Assembly: GCA_965112735.1 (NCBI GenBank)
Contig: OZ218959.1
Location: forward strand, 124,001 to 188,000
Reading direction: 5' to 3'
Length of the DNA stretch: 64,000 bases
From: Phaeosaccion multiseriatum
Taxonomy: Eukaryota > Protista > Ochrophyta, other classes
Shown: positions 23,401 to 34,694 of the stretch, in pieces
Layout of the letters: each line of letters starts with the position of its first letter
Position numbering within the stretch: the stretch's first letter is position 1
Notes under the pieces: generated by a model
Databases searched by the model: none
What the model saw: only the letters and a program-made list of their open reading frames with translations
What the model was told of the DNA's origin: nothing
Translations under genes and position numbers: made by a program

Positions 23401-25635
23401 CCCGCTGGTAAGCACCCCGCCCCACTGCTTGACTCTTTCCTCGACTCTTTGTTTGACTCCTTGCTTGACTCTTGATTCAGCACCCCAACAACGTCCTCTT
23501 CTCCTTCTCCCCCTCTCCAATCATCCTTTCCCTCTCTCTTCCTCGTGCTGATCACTACCTTTCCCCGTCCTGTCCCCTTCCCGCCCCCCTGTGCCTCTCT
23601 CCTCTCTCCTCTCTCCTCTCTCCTCTCTCCTCTCTCCTCTCTCCTCTCTCCTCTCTCCTCTCTCCTCTCTCCTCTCTCCTCTCTCCTCTCTCCTCTCCCC
23701 TCTCTCCTCTCTCCTCTCTCCTCTCTCCTCTCTCCTCTCTCCTCTCTCCTCTCTCCTCTCCCCTCTCTCCTCTCTCCTCTCTCCTCTCTCCTCTCTCCTC
23801 TCTATCCTCTCCCCTCTCTCCTCTCTCCTCTCTCCTCTCTCCTCTCTCCTCTCTATCCTCTCCCCTCTCTCCTCTCTCCTCTCTCCTCTCTCCTCTCCCC
23901 TCTCCTCTCTCCTCTCTATCCTCTCCCCTCTCTCCTCTCTCCTCTCCCCTCTCCCCTCTCTCCTCTCCCCTCTCTCCTCTCTCTCCTCTCCCCTCTCTCC
24001 TCTCTCTCCTCTCTCTCCTCTTCCCTCTCTCCTCTCTCTCATCGCCAGGACACGGCCCCGAGGGGGGAGATGCTGCGGTCGCTTCTCAGTCTGTGCCGGT
24101 GCCTGGCACTCTCATCGTTGAGTGCTGTCTCGACCAACGCAGGATGCAAGTACCTCAGGAGCTTCAGTCCCGCCTGCCGCACTACTTCAGCAACGCCACC
24201 GAGGACCTGCTCGCGGCTTACACAGAGGCGAGGGGCAGGGCAGGCGCTTTGCAGAGGGCCGCCGCTGCTTCGTGTAGTGGTGCTCCGCCTGCAGAGACTG
24301 CAGCCATCTGTGATGCTGCCACTCCGGAGGTCGTGCGGCAAGAGAGCGTTAGCGTTTGCAGCAAGGAAAGTAGGGGCAGCAGGAGCAGCAACAGTCATAT
24401 GGGAAGCACCAGTAGCAGCAGCAGCACCAGTAGAAGCAGCAGGAGCAGCAGCAGCAGTCACGTAGGCAGCACCGCGAGCGAAACATCAGGCGGTGGCGGC
24501 GCTAATCCCGAGAGTGCCACCCCCCCTGCCGCGGCTGTATCACCAACTGCTGGCGTGCCCTCCTCGGATCTGCTGCCCCTGGGGTGGGAGCTGGACGTGG
24601 TGGCTGGGGCGGACTTTGATCTCTCACATGACACTACCGCCCTGGGGCAGTGCTCAAGGCTGCTGCAGCAGTGGGAGGCACGGGAGGAGGGCCGCGAGGG
24701 GAGGGCAGAGGCTCTGTGGGAGGATCTGCAGCGCTTCACAGCGAAGATCCAGGCTAAGCTCGAGGCCAAGCACTTAGGTCCACAGCAGCAGTTGGTCATA
24801 CAGAAGCAGCAGAGCGAGGTCCACGGGGAGGAGGAGGGAGGAACAGAGGAGGAGAGGATAGCAGCGGCGATAGAGGCAAGGGCCAAGGCACTGCACACCG
24901 ATGTCGCCGTGGAAACCGCAAGGGAAGCGAAGAGAGCCCAGCTCAATACGTATGGAGTGGAGGGGGGAGGGGCGACTCCAGACACGGCCACACCTGAGAC
25001 GGAGGGGAGGTACGAGAGGGTGGTGGGGGAGGATGGCGGGGCAGGAGGAGTGGTGCCACCAGGCTTCCTCGAGGAGCTCCTTCACGAGCAGTCACAGTTG
25101 GCAGCCAAGGTGAAGGAGGATGTTGCCCGGTACGAGGCGGGGAGGGCGGCGGACGTGCAATACGGTGTGGACGAGTTGGTGCTACAGGCCGACTTTGTCA
25201 AGGCCTGGCGGAGCAAGCTGGAGGAGGAGCGGAAGGGCGTGGCCAGGCAAAGAGACAAGCTCGTAAGGGCCCTGCACAAGGTGAGAGCGTGGGTGCGTGA
25301 GTGAGATGGGGAGAGGAGGGGAGGGGGCGGGAGGGCTCCCATCGCGTGCTGTCTGCCGCTGCTTGCTGCTGTCTATCGCACTGAGGCTCTCTCTGCACAA
25401 GGCTTTCGAGCCTCCCCTACGCTCCTCTCCTCTTCGCTCGTCTCCTCTCTTCCCTTCTCACCGAGCCCGCCCCCTTGTCTGCTTGCCGGCCTGCCCCTCC
25501 ATGCCCCTTGCGGCTGAATCACCAACTGCTGTACCACCAACTACCCCCCAGGGTATCGAGGGAAGAAACGCGGCTTGCGCAGAGCTAGAGGCCAGCAGGG
25601 CGGCGGCCATGAAGGGAAACAAGAAGGGAAAGTGA
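17795..25635 (+). CDS. Androglobin-like / calpain-like-domain protein, spliced; one apparent frameshift at ~18825
   Basis: Exons 17795-18047, 18258-20491, 20903-21368, 21619-23407, 24049-25280, 25552-25635. The motif PCYNPGGKYMLKLWGGGGWRKVYVDDRVPVDEEG...ELWPLLLAKGL resembles the ADGB calpain-like domain. RLVVLDNDSG...NERGHTVMA...GAWRLLLLS and YSPNKYLRLFR resemble the ADGB C-terminal region. Confidence 0.7.
20701..20802. repeat. 17-bp tandem repeat (cttagggttaacacctc) x6, containing TTAGGG, intronic
   Basis: Read directly. Confidence 0.9.
23595..24040. repeat. (ctctctc)n pyrimidine microsatellite, intronic
   Basis: Read directly. Confidence 0.95.
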
Positions 25636-26054
25636 GGAGGCACTTGAGCGAGCCCAGCGAACAAATGAGTCTGCCATATCTCTCCCTCTGTTTCAGGGTT
25701 AAGACGCTTCTATTCGGAGTAGTAAGTATTCTCACAAAAGCCCTCCCGGTGGGCTGGGCAACCCCCGACTAGCTGCGTGAAGCATTGTCTAAAAAACAAG
25801 ATTTAGCCGTCCCACTTTCGGACTAAAGCAAACGAATTTCGAAAACAACGGAGGTTCTGAGTACCCAGCCATGACTGAACCCTCCAAAAATCATAGGCGA
25901 AATACCATGCCAAAATAGAGTACCGCACGCGTCTCTGCTGCAGCGGCGGTATCACCAACTACCCTGGCTGCTGCCTGAAAGGGCGGTGGGCATGCGGGTA
26001 TTGATCCTGTGGCATAAGAGAGTCTGCCCAGCCAAGCGCGGGAGGGAGTGGCCG

Positions 26055-27113
26055 TCAGTGGCCGGGCGTGGGCGCGTGAGCTTCTCCTCCTTCGACGAAG
26101 GTCACGCGAGCCTCGAGGTAGTCTGGACAGAAGGGAGAAAGCAGACGCGGCGGGGGGGGGGCAGCATCGCATGGGTCAAGGGCAGAGCAGCGCAGTGAGC
26201 AAGCGCCACGGTTTGCATGCCGAGCGACTCCAGCAAGGGGCTTTCTAATCATAGGCAAGCAGAGAAGAGGACTGCACCTCACCTCACCCTCTCTCCTTAA
26301 CACTCGCTTCGCTGGCCAAGCCATCGTGGATAGATATTGAAGGAGAAGCTCCATAGACTCGACTCACTCCTCACTCACTCACTCACTCACTCACTCACTC
26401 ATTCCCTCACCGATGTAGGCTTGGGGCGCCTTCTCGCGGAGCTCCCTCGTGGACACGAAGGTGCGCACACCATGAGGAGCACTGCGCTGGTGCGGACTTT
26501 GGACTCGCTCCTCATCCCCTTCTATGGCTCGCTTCTCCACCAAGGCTACGACAGTGTCACCGAGGGGCATCAGCCCCACCACTCCAGTAATGTCGCTAGC
26601 CTCTTCGTCCGCAACCCCCTCCTCCAGCCCACCGACCTCCTCCTCCTCCTCCTCCTCCTCCTCCTCGTCCTCCTCCTCCGCGTCCTCTTGCGCTCGTTCC
26701 TCCTCGTCATAGTCGTGGACGGAGGGCTTTCCCCAGTCTCGCCCGCGGTTCTCCTCCTGTCCAGATCCCGACCACCCCTCCTCCTCGCGACAATGATCGG
26801 CTGCAGCAGCATCCTCTGCCCCTCCTTGGATATATGAGTCGCGGTGGCCCTCCCAGTCCAAGTCCTCCTCGCTCTCCTTCACCCCGCCGCCCGCCGCCTG
26901 CCACCCCCGCTCCTGCCCCCCCCGCCGTCGGTCATGAGCACGATGGTGGTGCTGGCGCGGACGCTGGTGCTGCTGTCCGCCGGCCTTCTTCGTCATCTGC
27001 TGCTCAGGGTTTCCCTGCTGGTGATACTGCGGCCTCTTCTTGTCAGTCTTCGGACGCTTCCGCTGCTGGCGCGAAGGTCGTCGCTCAAGACTCTCCTCCC
27101 TCTTCGCTCGCAT
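26055..27113 (-). CDS. Chromo shadow domain-like (HP1-type) protein with acidic/basic N-terminus; no chromodomain seen
   Basis: Exons 27113-26411 (703 nt, GT donor) and 26122-26055 (after ctgtccag) splice in phase. Product: ...DITGVVGLMPLGDTVVALVEK...TFVSTRELREKAPQAYIDYLEARVTF, matching the chromo shadow pattern (cf. [25 protein letters not shown]). Confidence 0.65.
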
Positions 27114-27153
27114 GCCGGCTGCCGCACACACCGCCCGCGTACGAGACAAAAGC

Positions 27154-29219
27154 GGAGGAGGCGCTGCAGCGGATTCAGGAGTGGCGTGATGAGAACAGCA
27201 GCCAGGGGAAGGACGTTGGTGTGGAGGAGCTTTCGCTCGTGCTGGCAGCTGTGCTAACCTCTGTCGACTTTCACTCGATGAGTGAGAAGGGCGTGACCCC
27301 CCTGCACGTGGGGGGTGCACGCTCTTGCTGATCAGGATCAGAGTACCCTGGAGGATAAGGGGGTGCAGATGCGGGGAATCGTGAAGCTGCTGAAGTACTA
27401 CGGGGTGGACATTGATGCGAGTCCAGTAAGAGAAGATACTTTCCCGTTTTACGATATTTATGATGTGACAACTCCGCTGGTCCAAGCTGCACTGAAGGGC
27501 CATATCGCTTTGGTGAAGGGGCTCGTGGAGGAGGGTGCAGATATGAACAAAGGGTGCGGTCAATATAACCTGCTTCCCTTGGCTGCAGCCGCGGGTTGTG
27601 ACCATTCGAATAATGCCACGATCATTTCGTACCTTTTGAGGCATGGGGCCAGGTTGAATCACAGCTACGCCTTGCACGGTGCAGCAGAAGCCGGTTGTCT
27701 TGAGTCTGTGCGGATGCTACTCAATGCCGGGGCCGAGGTGAATGAGCAAGATGAAGAAGGTGACACACCAGCCCAGTTCTGTCTGCGGGGGGACAAGGGC
27801 AGCGTCAGCGAAAGGGTAGAAGCTCTGGCGTTACTGCTGGAGGCAGGCGCGGATCTGAACGTGATAAGCTTTGGAGGCGTGTCTCTCTTGCACCAAGCCG
27901 CTCGCTTTGGCTGTCATGGTGAACTCATCGACGTACTCGTCCGTCGAGGGTTGGCGGTGGATAACACAGACAATACTCAGCGCACTCTTCACTGGGCTGC
28001 TTTTTACGGCAAGCCAGCCTCTGTGAAGGCGCTCATTCGCCTCGGTGCCTCCCTTGACGCTGCTGATTCCAAGAACAACACGCCGCTCCACACTGCTTTG
28101 CGGGGCGGGAATGAGGACGTCGCTGCCGAGCTGATCGCCACGGGAGGCAATGTGAGTGCCAAGCGAGACGACGACATTACACCCCTTCACATGGCGGCGG
28201 CACGGGGCAGCGTGCGGCTGGCGTACCTCCTGCTGGAGGCTGGGGCTGAGGTCGACGCTCTGACCACCAAGGAGTTTAGCCCCTTGATGGTGTGCATGTC
28301 TCCTGCCAAGGGCGACAACATCCCCGCCATGCTTTGGCAAACCGTTCCGTCAGGGTCGAAGGAAGGGCGGGAGAAGGTGGCGGCACTGCTGCTGGAGATG
28401 GGCGCTGCCGTCACCAAGTCAGTCATGGCCTTGGCTGGAGAGAGCGATTGCGGGCATGTCATTGGAGCGTACTTCAGCACCGCAAGGGATGCACAAGATG
28501 CTTCTGATGGTGTTTGCAGCACCATAGCTGGGCACATCTCCGGCTCTGCCTACTCTGAGGCCGCCAAGGATGGCCGAGTGGTGCGAGTGCGCTTGGTGGA
28601 CAGGACAACGGGGCAGAGAAAGGAGACGCAGTACACACTGAGCATACCCCTGATGGAGCTGCTGATGGACAAGACTGGGCAGAGCGGAGGGAGCTCTGAC
28701 GGCCCGGACAGCCATGACAGGGCTGCGGGCAGTCTCCCCACCATCCTGGACCCAGCGGGGCGTGGCTTCATGGGCATCAAGGGCAACGTGGAGGTGACGT
28801 TCGACGGGGTGGACTTTACGGAGGAGGGCTTTGCGGCTGTGGTGCAGTTCGTCACGACGGGTAGCGTCAAGAGCCTGCTTACCCGAGGACGCCGTGGGCT
28901 GCTGAGCACGGAGGGCAGGGGTGGCATCAGTGGGAACAGCAGCAGCAGCAGCAGCAGCAGCAGCTCCGAGACGGTGGGTGGCGGCGGTGACAGAAGAGGT
29001 GGTGGGAGCAGTAGTGAGGCCCCAGCAAAGAGCAAGAGGGAGCGTGTGAAGCTGTTCGACGACGCGAGAGCGAAGAAGGCTCTGCAGGCAGCGGACTTCT
29101 TCTGCATCGAGGCCATGTCGAGGGAGGTGAAGGCGCTTATGAGTCTGTACGGCTTCGAGCTGGCCAAGGACGCGGAGGAGGAGGATGAGCCGCCGAGGAA
29201 GCGAAGCAGTGGTTCATGA
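27154..29219 (+). CDS. Ankyrin-repeat + C-terminal BTB/POZ-like protein, copy A; intronless, possibly 5'-defective (pseudogene or assembly error)
   Basis: About 8 ankyrin repeats (TPLVQAALKG, TPLHTAL, TPLHMAAARG). The C-terminus DFTEEGFAAVVQFVTTG...ALQAADFFCIEAM is BTB-like. It lacks the ATG present in copy B and has a 13-nt frameshifting insertion at 27308-27320. Confidence 0.8.
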
Positions 29220-30056
29220 TTTCCCCCCTGCTAATGAGTGGGTCTACATGCCCCATCCCGTTGCTGAGGCCATTTCTCTCCCCTCGCTGCCTTATTTGGC
29301 ACGGCCGACCTACACGCTGCTGTAACACGGAAAGTGAAGTGGTGGAAAAGAGATGCTGCAGTTGTCACAAAGCGGTTGATTGAGGAGAAAGAGGGTGATG
29401 AGATTCTTGGTGAGGATAAAGAGGTTGAGAAGATGATACTGTAATAGAGGTTGACAAGGTTCCTTTGTGAGACTCCCTGAGCGGCCGCAGACGCGAGGTC
29501 CTGCCTCCGGCCTGCCTCCGGCCTACAAGTCTCCCCCCTGGCTGAGGGGCTGAGGTTCAGAGCAAGTTGGGGGAAGGCGTTGTGGAACGTTCGCAAGTTC
29601 TCTGCTGCTGCTACTGTGATATCCTCCGATCAGGCAAGGACTTGAGGCAAAGACTAGAGGAGTGGGGGGACGACGCAGAACGCCATCGTCGATTGGCTAG
29701 GAAGATAGGAAGATTGATGTAAGAATGGCCTTCTGAGTGGCCAAGAGGAGGGAGAAGGGAAAGACCAAGGCCTCAGTGGCTGGCTGGTGCCATTAATTAG
29801 CTCATCTGTGCAGAGAAAAGACTTTCGAGGAGCCGTTACGGCACCGCCTGCCCTCGCTCATGTACGACATCTCACTCCTTCCAAAAAGAGCCTCCCTCCG
29901 TCCGTCCGTCCGTCCGTCCGCTCGTAGTTCCAGCCACTGAGTGGCCGGTTGGGCGGATGGGGGCTGTAGCCAAGCCAACGGAGCGAACGAGGCACCGTCA
30001 CCATGGCACTACAGCCCTTAGCACCAGCTACATGCACCACGCGCACTCCTTGCCGC

Positions 30057-32727
30057 TCAGCCGCCGTCCTTCTTGCCCTTGCCCTTGCCCTTCTTCTTGA
30101 GCTTCTTCGCTGCCTTGGTGGCGACGGTTACGGCCTTGGCCTTGTCCTCGGAGTCCTGCACACATCAACATCAACATCAACATGAAGGAAGGGAGTCAGC
30201 GGGGCGGTTGAGCTAGGCGGACAACGTGAGACAACGGCCGAGGGGGGGGGGGGGCAGAGCTCGGCACTGCCCAGCCAAGAGAGCGCTCAAGGAGGAGAGG
30301 CGAAAACGACTCGGGGGGTCGGGAGCGAATCCTTTTCCACCGCGCGACTCCAACCTTCGTCAGCACAGCGGCCGTGACGTCAGTGGACACCAAGCACCGC
30401 AAGTTGGCAAGTCGCAACCGCTGAGCGTCGGTGCTGCGGCCATCACCGCCACCCCCCCTTATGCATGTTGCTCACCTTGGCCTCCAGCACTTTGAGCGTC
30501 TTGCTGACTTGTGTCAAGTGCGTTGTGCCCCCCTGCAGCAGCGTGGCATTAGCCCCTGCCTCAGTGCCGTCCGCGAGGGCTGCGGTCAGCGCCCTGTGCG
30601 CCTCTCGGAGACGGCCTAGGCTTAGGGATGGCACCCAATTGTACTCCGTCTGGCCAGTAAGAGCGCCAGTAAGAGGGGAGAGATGGCAGTCAATGGTAGG
30701 TAGGCAGGCAGGCAGAGAGGCAGAGAGGAGGGTTTCAAGGGGCGGGGTGGGGCTGAGTGGGTGAAATTGAAGTGATTCACTATTAAACTTATGAGGGGGA
30801 GGTCTGAGAAAGGAGAAGGAATGACTACGTACCGCCACTCCCGCTTCGTTGACGGGCGGCAGGGGGAAACCCTCGTAGCCCTCGTCGATGGCCCCCGTGT
30901 CCTCTTCCTTCCACCAGTCCTTGGGCATCTTCTGCCCGTCTTCCAGCACCGGAGGGAGCCGCACCTCGGGCACCTGCAGGGCCGCACACAGAGGTGTCAG
31001 GACACAGGGCCGCACACAGAGGTGTCAGGACACAGGGATACACCGCCCCCGGCTGGCTTGGGTGCTTTTGTGCGAGACATGGGCTAAGGGGAGGCGGCAG
31101 TCAGGCATACGGGCATTGCATCTTCTCGTCTCTCTCGCCCCACGCAGCAGCAGGCGGCACCCCGCCATGCTCACAGCGGCGACGAGCGAACAACCAAGGC
31201 AGGCAGGTAGTCAGACACTCAGATGCTTCAGAGTGTGTGTGATGGAGAGCGCTTCCTCTGCGGACCTTCGCCCTCTCCTCACCTGCTCCGCTCTCCTGCT
31301 GATCTCCACCTCGCTCTTGAGCCTCTTGAGCAGCGACGCAGACTCGGAAACCAGCTGAGCCTATCATATCATTGTATAACATAATATAACATAACATAAC
31401 ATAACAAGGCGAGGCTGAGAATTCAAGGAAGGAAGGAGCCAAGAGAGGGTCGGGCTTGACGCTGGGTACGGAGACTTGAAGCGACAACGACAACAGGCAA
31501 CCAACGACAACAGGCCACAGCTCTTTCCCAACGGCACTTCAACAGGCAGAGCATAGCAGCAGCAGCAGCTCCTCCCCGAGAGGGGCTCCGGAGGCTGAGT
31601 GTGTCTCACTGCCCCTCTCTCACTCAAGCTTGGTCCTGCCACCCCTTTGTCCTGACACCCCTCACCTCCGCCTCGCACTCGAAGGCCCTTTCCACGGCCT
31701 TATCGAGCTTATCGATGTTTCGTACATGCCTCTCCTCCGCACACTCGCACTCCTTGTTGAGCTGGAAGGCCACATTGAGCCAGTACTCGGATGAGCTCTT
31801 ACTCACCAGCCGCCGCCCCGTGCGCAGCAAATCGGGAGGGATCTCGTCCTGAGCGGAGTCAGCGCGGGGGGGATGGCAGTGGACGGGTGGGGGGATGGCA
31901 GTGGATGGGTGAGAACGGGGTCAGGCGCGGCAGGAGCTCACAGCAGACTCTGAAGCATGCCCCCCGCCGCTGCCGCTGCCGTTGCTGTTGCCCCCGCCGA
32001 TGCCCCTCTCTCTCTCCTCCCCACCTGTGCCTTGGCCTCGGCCTGGATGAGCAACTGCTCAAGCACATTGACGAGGCGCGTGTATTTGGTCTGTGTCACG
32101 ATAGGCGCTGCCTCCTTCACACGCGCAACCTAATGGATGGCAGTGGATGGCAGAGTGCAGGAGGGAGGGAGGGCGGGCGGGCGAGTTCAGAGTGCGATGC
32201 AGAGCGGTCTCGGTGGACTGCGCACGCGGAGAATCATGAGAAGGAATGGCGCAGTGTTCGTTTGCTTTGCTATTACTCCGCCACGCTGCGACACGGGAGT
32301 GGAGTGACTGCTTTGGCCGAGAGACTGCTCTCTGACCGGAGGAGATACATCTCAGCGAGAGGCTCTTCTAAAAGGAGGAGACTGCATCCACGCTGAGACG
32401 CAGAGCAAAGAAGGCACTACACACCTTGACAGATGGAAAGTGACAAGAGAGAAGAGAGAAGGAGAAACAGAGAGAGGCGGGTAGAGGGAGATTGGGAGGG
32501 AAAGAGAGCGAGGGGGGGGGGGCAATCGGCCACGGCTGTGCCTATGTCTGCCCTCTAGCGCGTGCCTCACTCGTCACCCCTCACCTGTCCCTCCAAGCGG
32601 TGCTGCAGCACTAGGCATGTGATCTTCTCCTTGGCCTGCAGGGGGGGGGGGGGATGGCAGTGGGTAGTGAGCGACCTTTGGCTCCCTCCAAGGGTGGGGC
32701 CGCCCAAGCATCAAGACGGGCTGCTTG

Positions 32728-32788
<61 letters not shown>

Positions 32789-34014
32789 ATGTGCAGAGAC
32801 ACACACACTCCCGTTGATGTGGAGGGATGTCGGCCTCGATTGAGGAGCTCCGCTTGAGGAAGAAGACCCCTCACTGAGTACACAGGCCCTCGCATGCTCC
32901 TTCTGCTCACATCGTGACCACAACATGCACGCACGCACGCACACACGCCCACACACACGCCACTCACCGCTTCCACGAGGGGCCCGCAGATGGCGAGGTC
33001 CTCCGCCCTGGCGACCGCCGCCTCCAGCTCCTCCACCCTGTGCAGCAAGTGCTCGGGGCCGTCCTTCGCCTCCCCGTCCTCCAACCCGTCCTCCCCTTCC
33101 CCGCTCTTGCCTTCCCCGCTGTCCACCCCCTCCACTGCGCAGAGCAGGTCATTTTCTGCCGCCTTGAGGCGCCGCAGATTCACAACGTGCATCTCCTGCT
33201 GCTCCTCTCGGCTCGGGGCGGGCTTGCGTATGGCGTCTCTGAGCAGGTCTCTACACTTGTCGCCCGTCACTACGTCCAGGGGCGTATTCTTGAATGCATT
33301 CTTGACGTGTACGTCCCCCCCGTCGAGCAGCAGTATGTCTAGCACCTCTGCTCGCCCGCTGCTCGCCGCCAGGTGCGTGGGCGTGTTGCCGGTCTCGTCC
33401 ACGTCGTTGGGGGAGTAACCCTCGTGCAGCAGCATCCACACGATGCGCAAATTTCCCATGAAGGCCGCCCAGTGCAGGGGGGTGTTCATGACCCGCCTGT
33501 CCTGCATGCCGTGCGCCCCTCTTCCGGCCCTGACTTGGCCATGCGAGACTCCTCCTGCCCCTCCCCCTGCCCCTCCCCCGCCTCCCCCCGCCCCGCCGCC
33601 CGCAGCCCCTGCTGCAGCTGCGGCTGCTTCCTCCGCCGCTGCTGCCGCCGCCGCTGCTGCTGCCGCCAAGGCCACCACGGCCTGTTTGTACATGTTGGCC
33701 GCTCCAGCCTCCAGCAGGAGACCCGCCATGGATACATTGCTATGGAAAGCTGCCCAGTGCAGCGCTGTCCAGCTCGTCGACCGGTCTATGTGGTCCGGAC
33801 TGGTTTCGGCCTCCAGCAGCCTCTGGGCCGCCTTGAGGTCGTTGTCCTTGCAGGCCGAGTACAGGTCGGCCGCCAGGCGCTCGGGATTGACGGAGTCTTC
33901 GTCCTCGTCGTCGCCGTCCAGCGAGCCGTCGAAGCCACCGCCCACCCCGTCTATGTGATGATTCTCGCGGTGGTCCCCGCCGCTGCCCAGGAGGTGGGCA
34001 AGAGGGTCCTCCAT
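30057..34014 (-). CDS. Ankyrin-repeat protein with coiled-coil C-terminus, spliced
   Basis: Exons approx 34014-32968, 32635-32585, 32129-32025, 31848-31666, 31354-31283, 30973-30833, 30648-30476, 30155-30057. Ankyrin motifs WTALHWAAFH, NTPLHWAAFMG, GNTPTHLAASSG; lysine-rich tail. Confidence 0.85.
32728..32788. repeat. (TAC)n microsatellite, intronic
   Basis: Read directly. Confidence 0.95.
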
Positions 34015-34344
34015 TAGCGTCTATCTTCTGTGTAGCCTTTATCGGATTTCTAATTGACAGTTACGCCCCAACAAGTCGAGGTTCTCGACACCAAAAATCG
34101 ACCCCTTTGAATTGAGCGGGATTTAGGGATTTTGTTGATTTTGGAAGAGTGAAGCCACCCTCCTTTCTCCTTCCTCCCCATTGCCTTGTCAGTGCCTCCT
34201 TAGTCTCGGGGAGCAGCGGAAGGAGTGGGTGCGGCACCCAAGAGCGCGGAGACTGCTGAGACTGAGAGGCAAAAAGAGGGAGGGAAGACCACACTATCGA
34301 ACCTAAAGGGATCAGAGGAAAGCTGGGAATGGGCATGGGGGAGA

Positions 34345-34655
34345 ATGGTGGAGATGATTTCGAATCATACGGAAGCTGCGCGTCGGCAGTGGGGTCTGGT
34401 ACGGCGCAGAGACGAGGATAAAGACAAGGACGAAGCCCTCGTCCCAGCTCCCCCGAGTGGACATCTCGTCGTGAGCTCGCGTATTGCTCCACCCGCTTTC
34501 AATGTCGCCTCGAGCGCTGCTGCGGATGCCTCTGCGCGAAGCTATGGCCCTGCAGAGCGCTGGTGGAGCTCAGGAGCCGGAGCTGAAGCCAGCCTGGACG
34601 AGCTGTTGCGCGAGCTGATCCGTCACAGCTTGGGGGAAGTGGGATCAGCACGCGT

Positions 34656-34694
<39 letters not shown>

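Noticed and set aside
27160-27677. 5' part of the 428-aa minus-strand ORF
   Set aside because: Antisense shadow of ankyrin copy A; the plausible gene starts at 27113.
29300-29760. Possible coding remnant downstream of ankyrin copy A
   Set aside because: Short purine-rich frames with stops and no recognisable motif.
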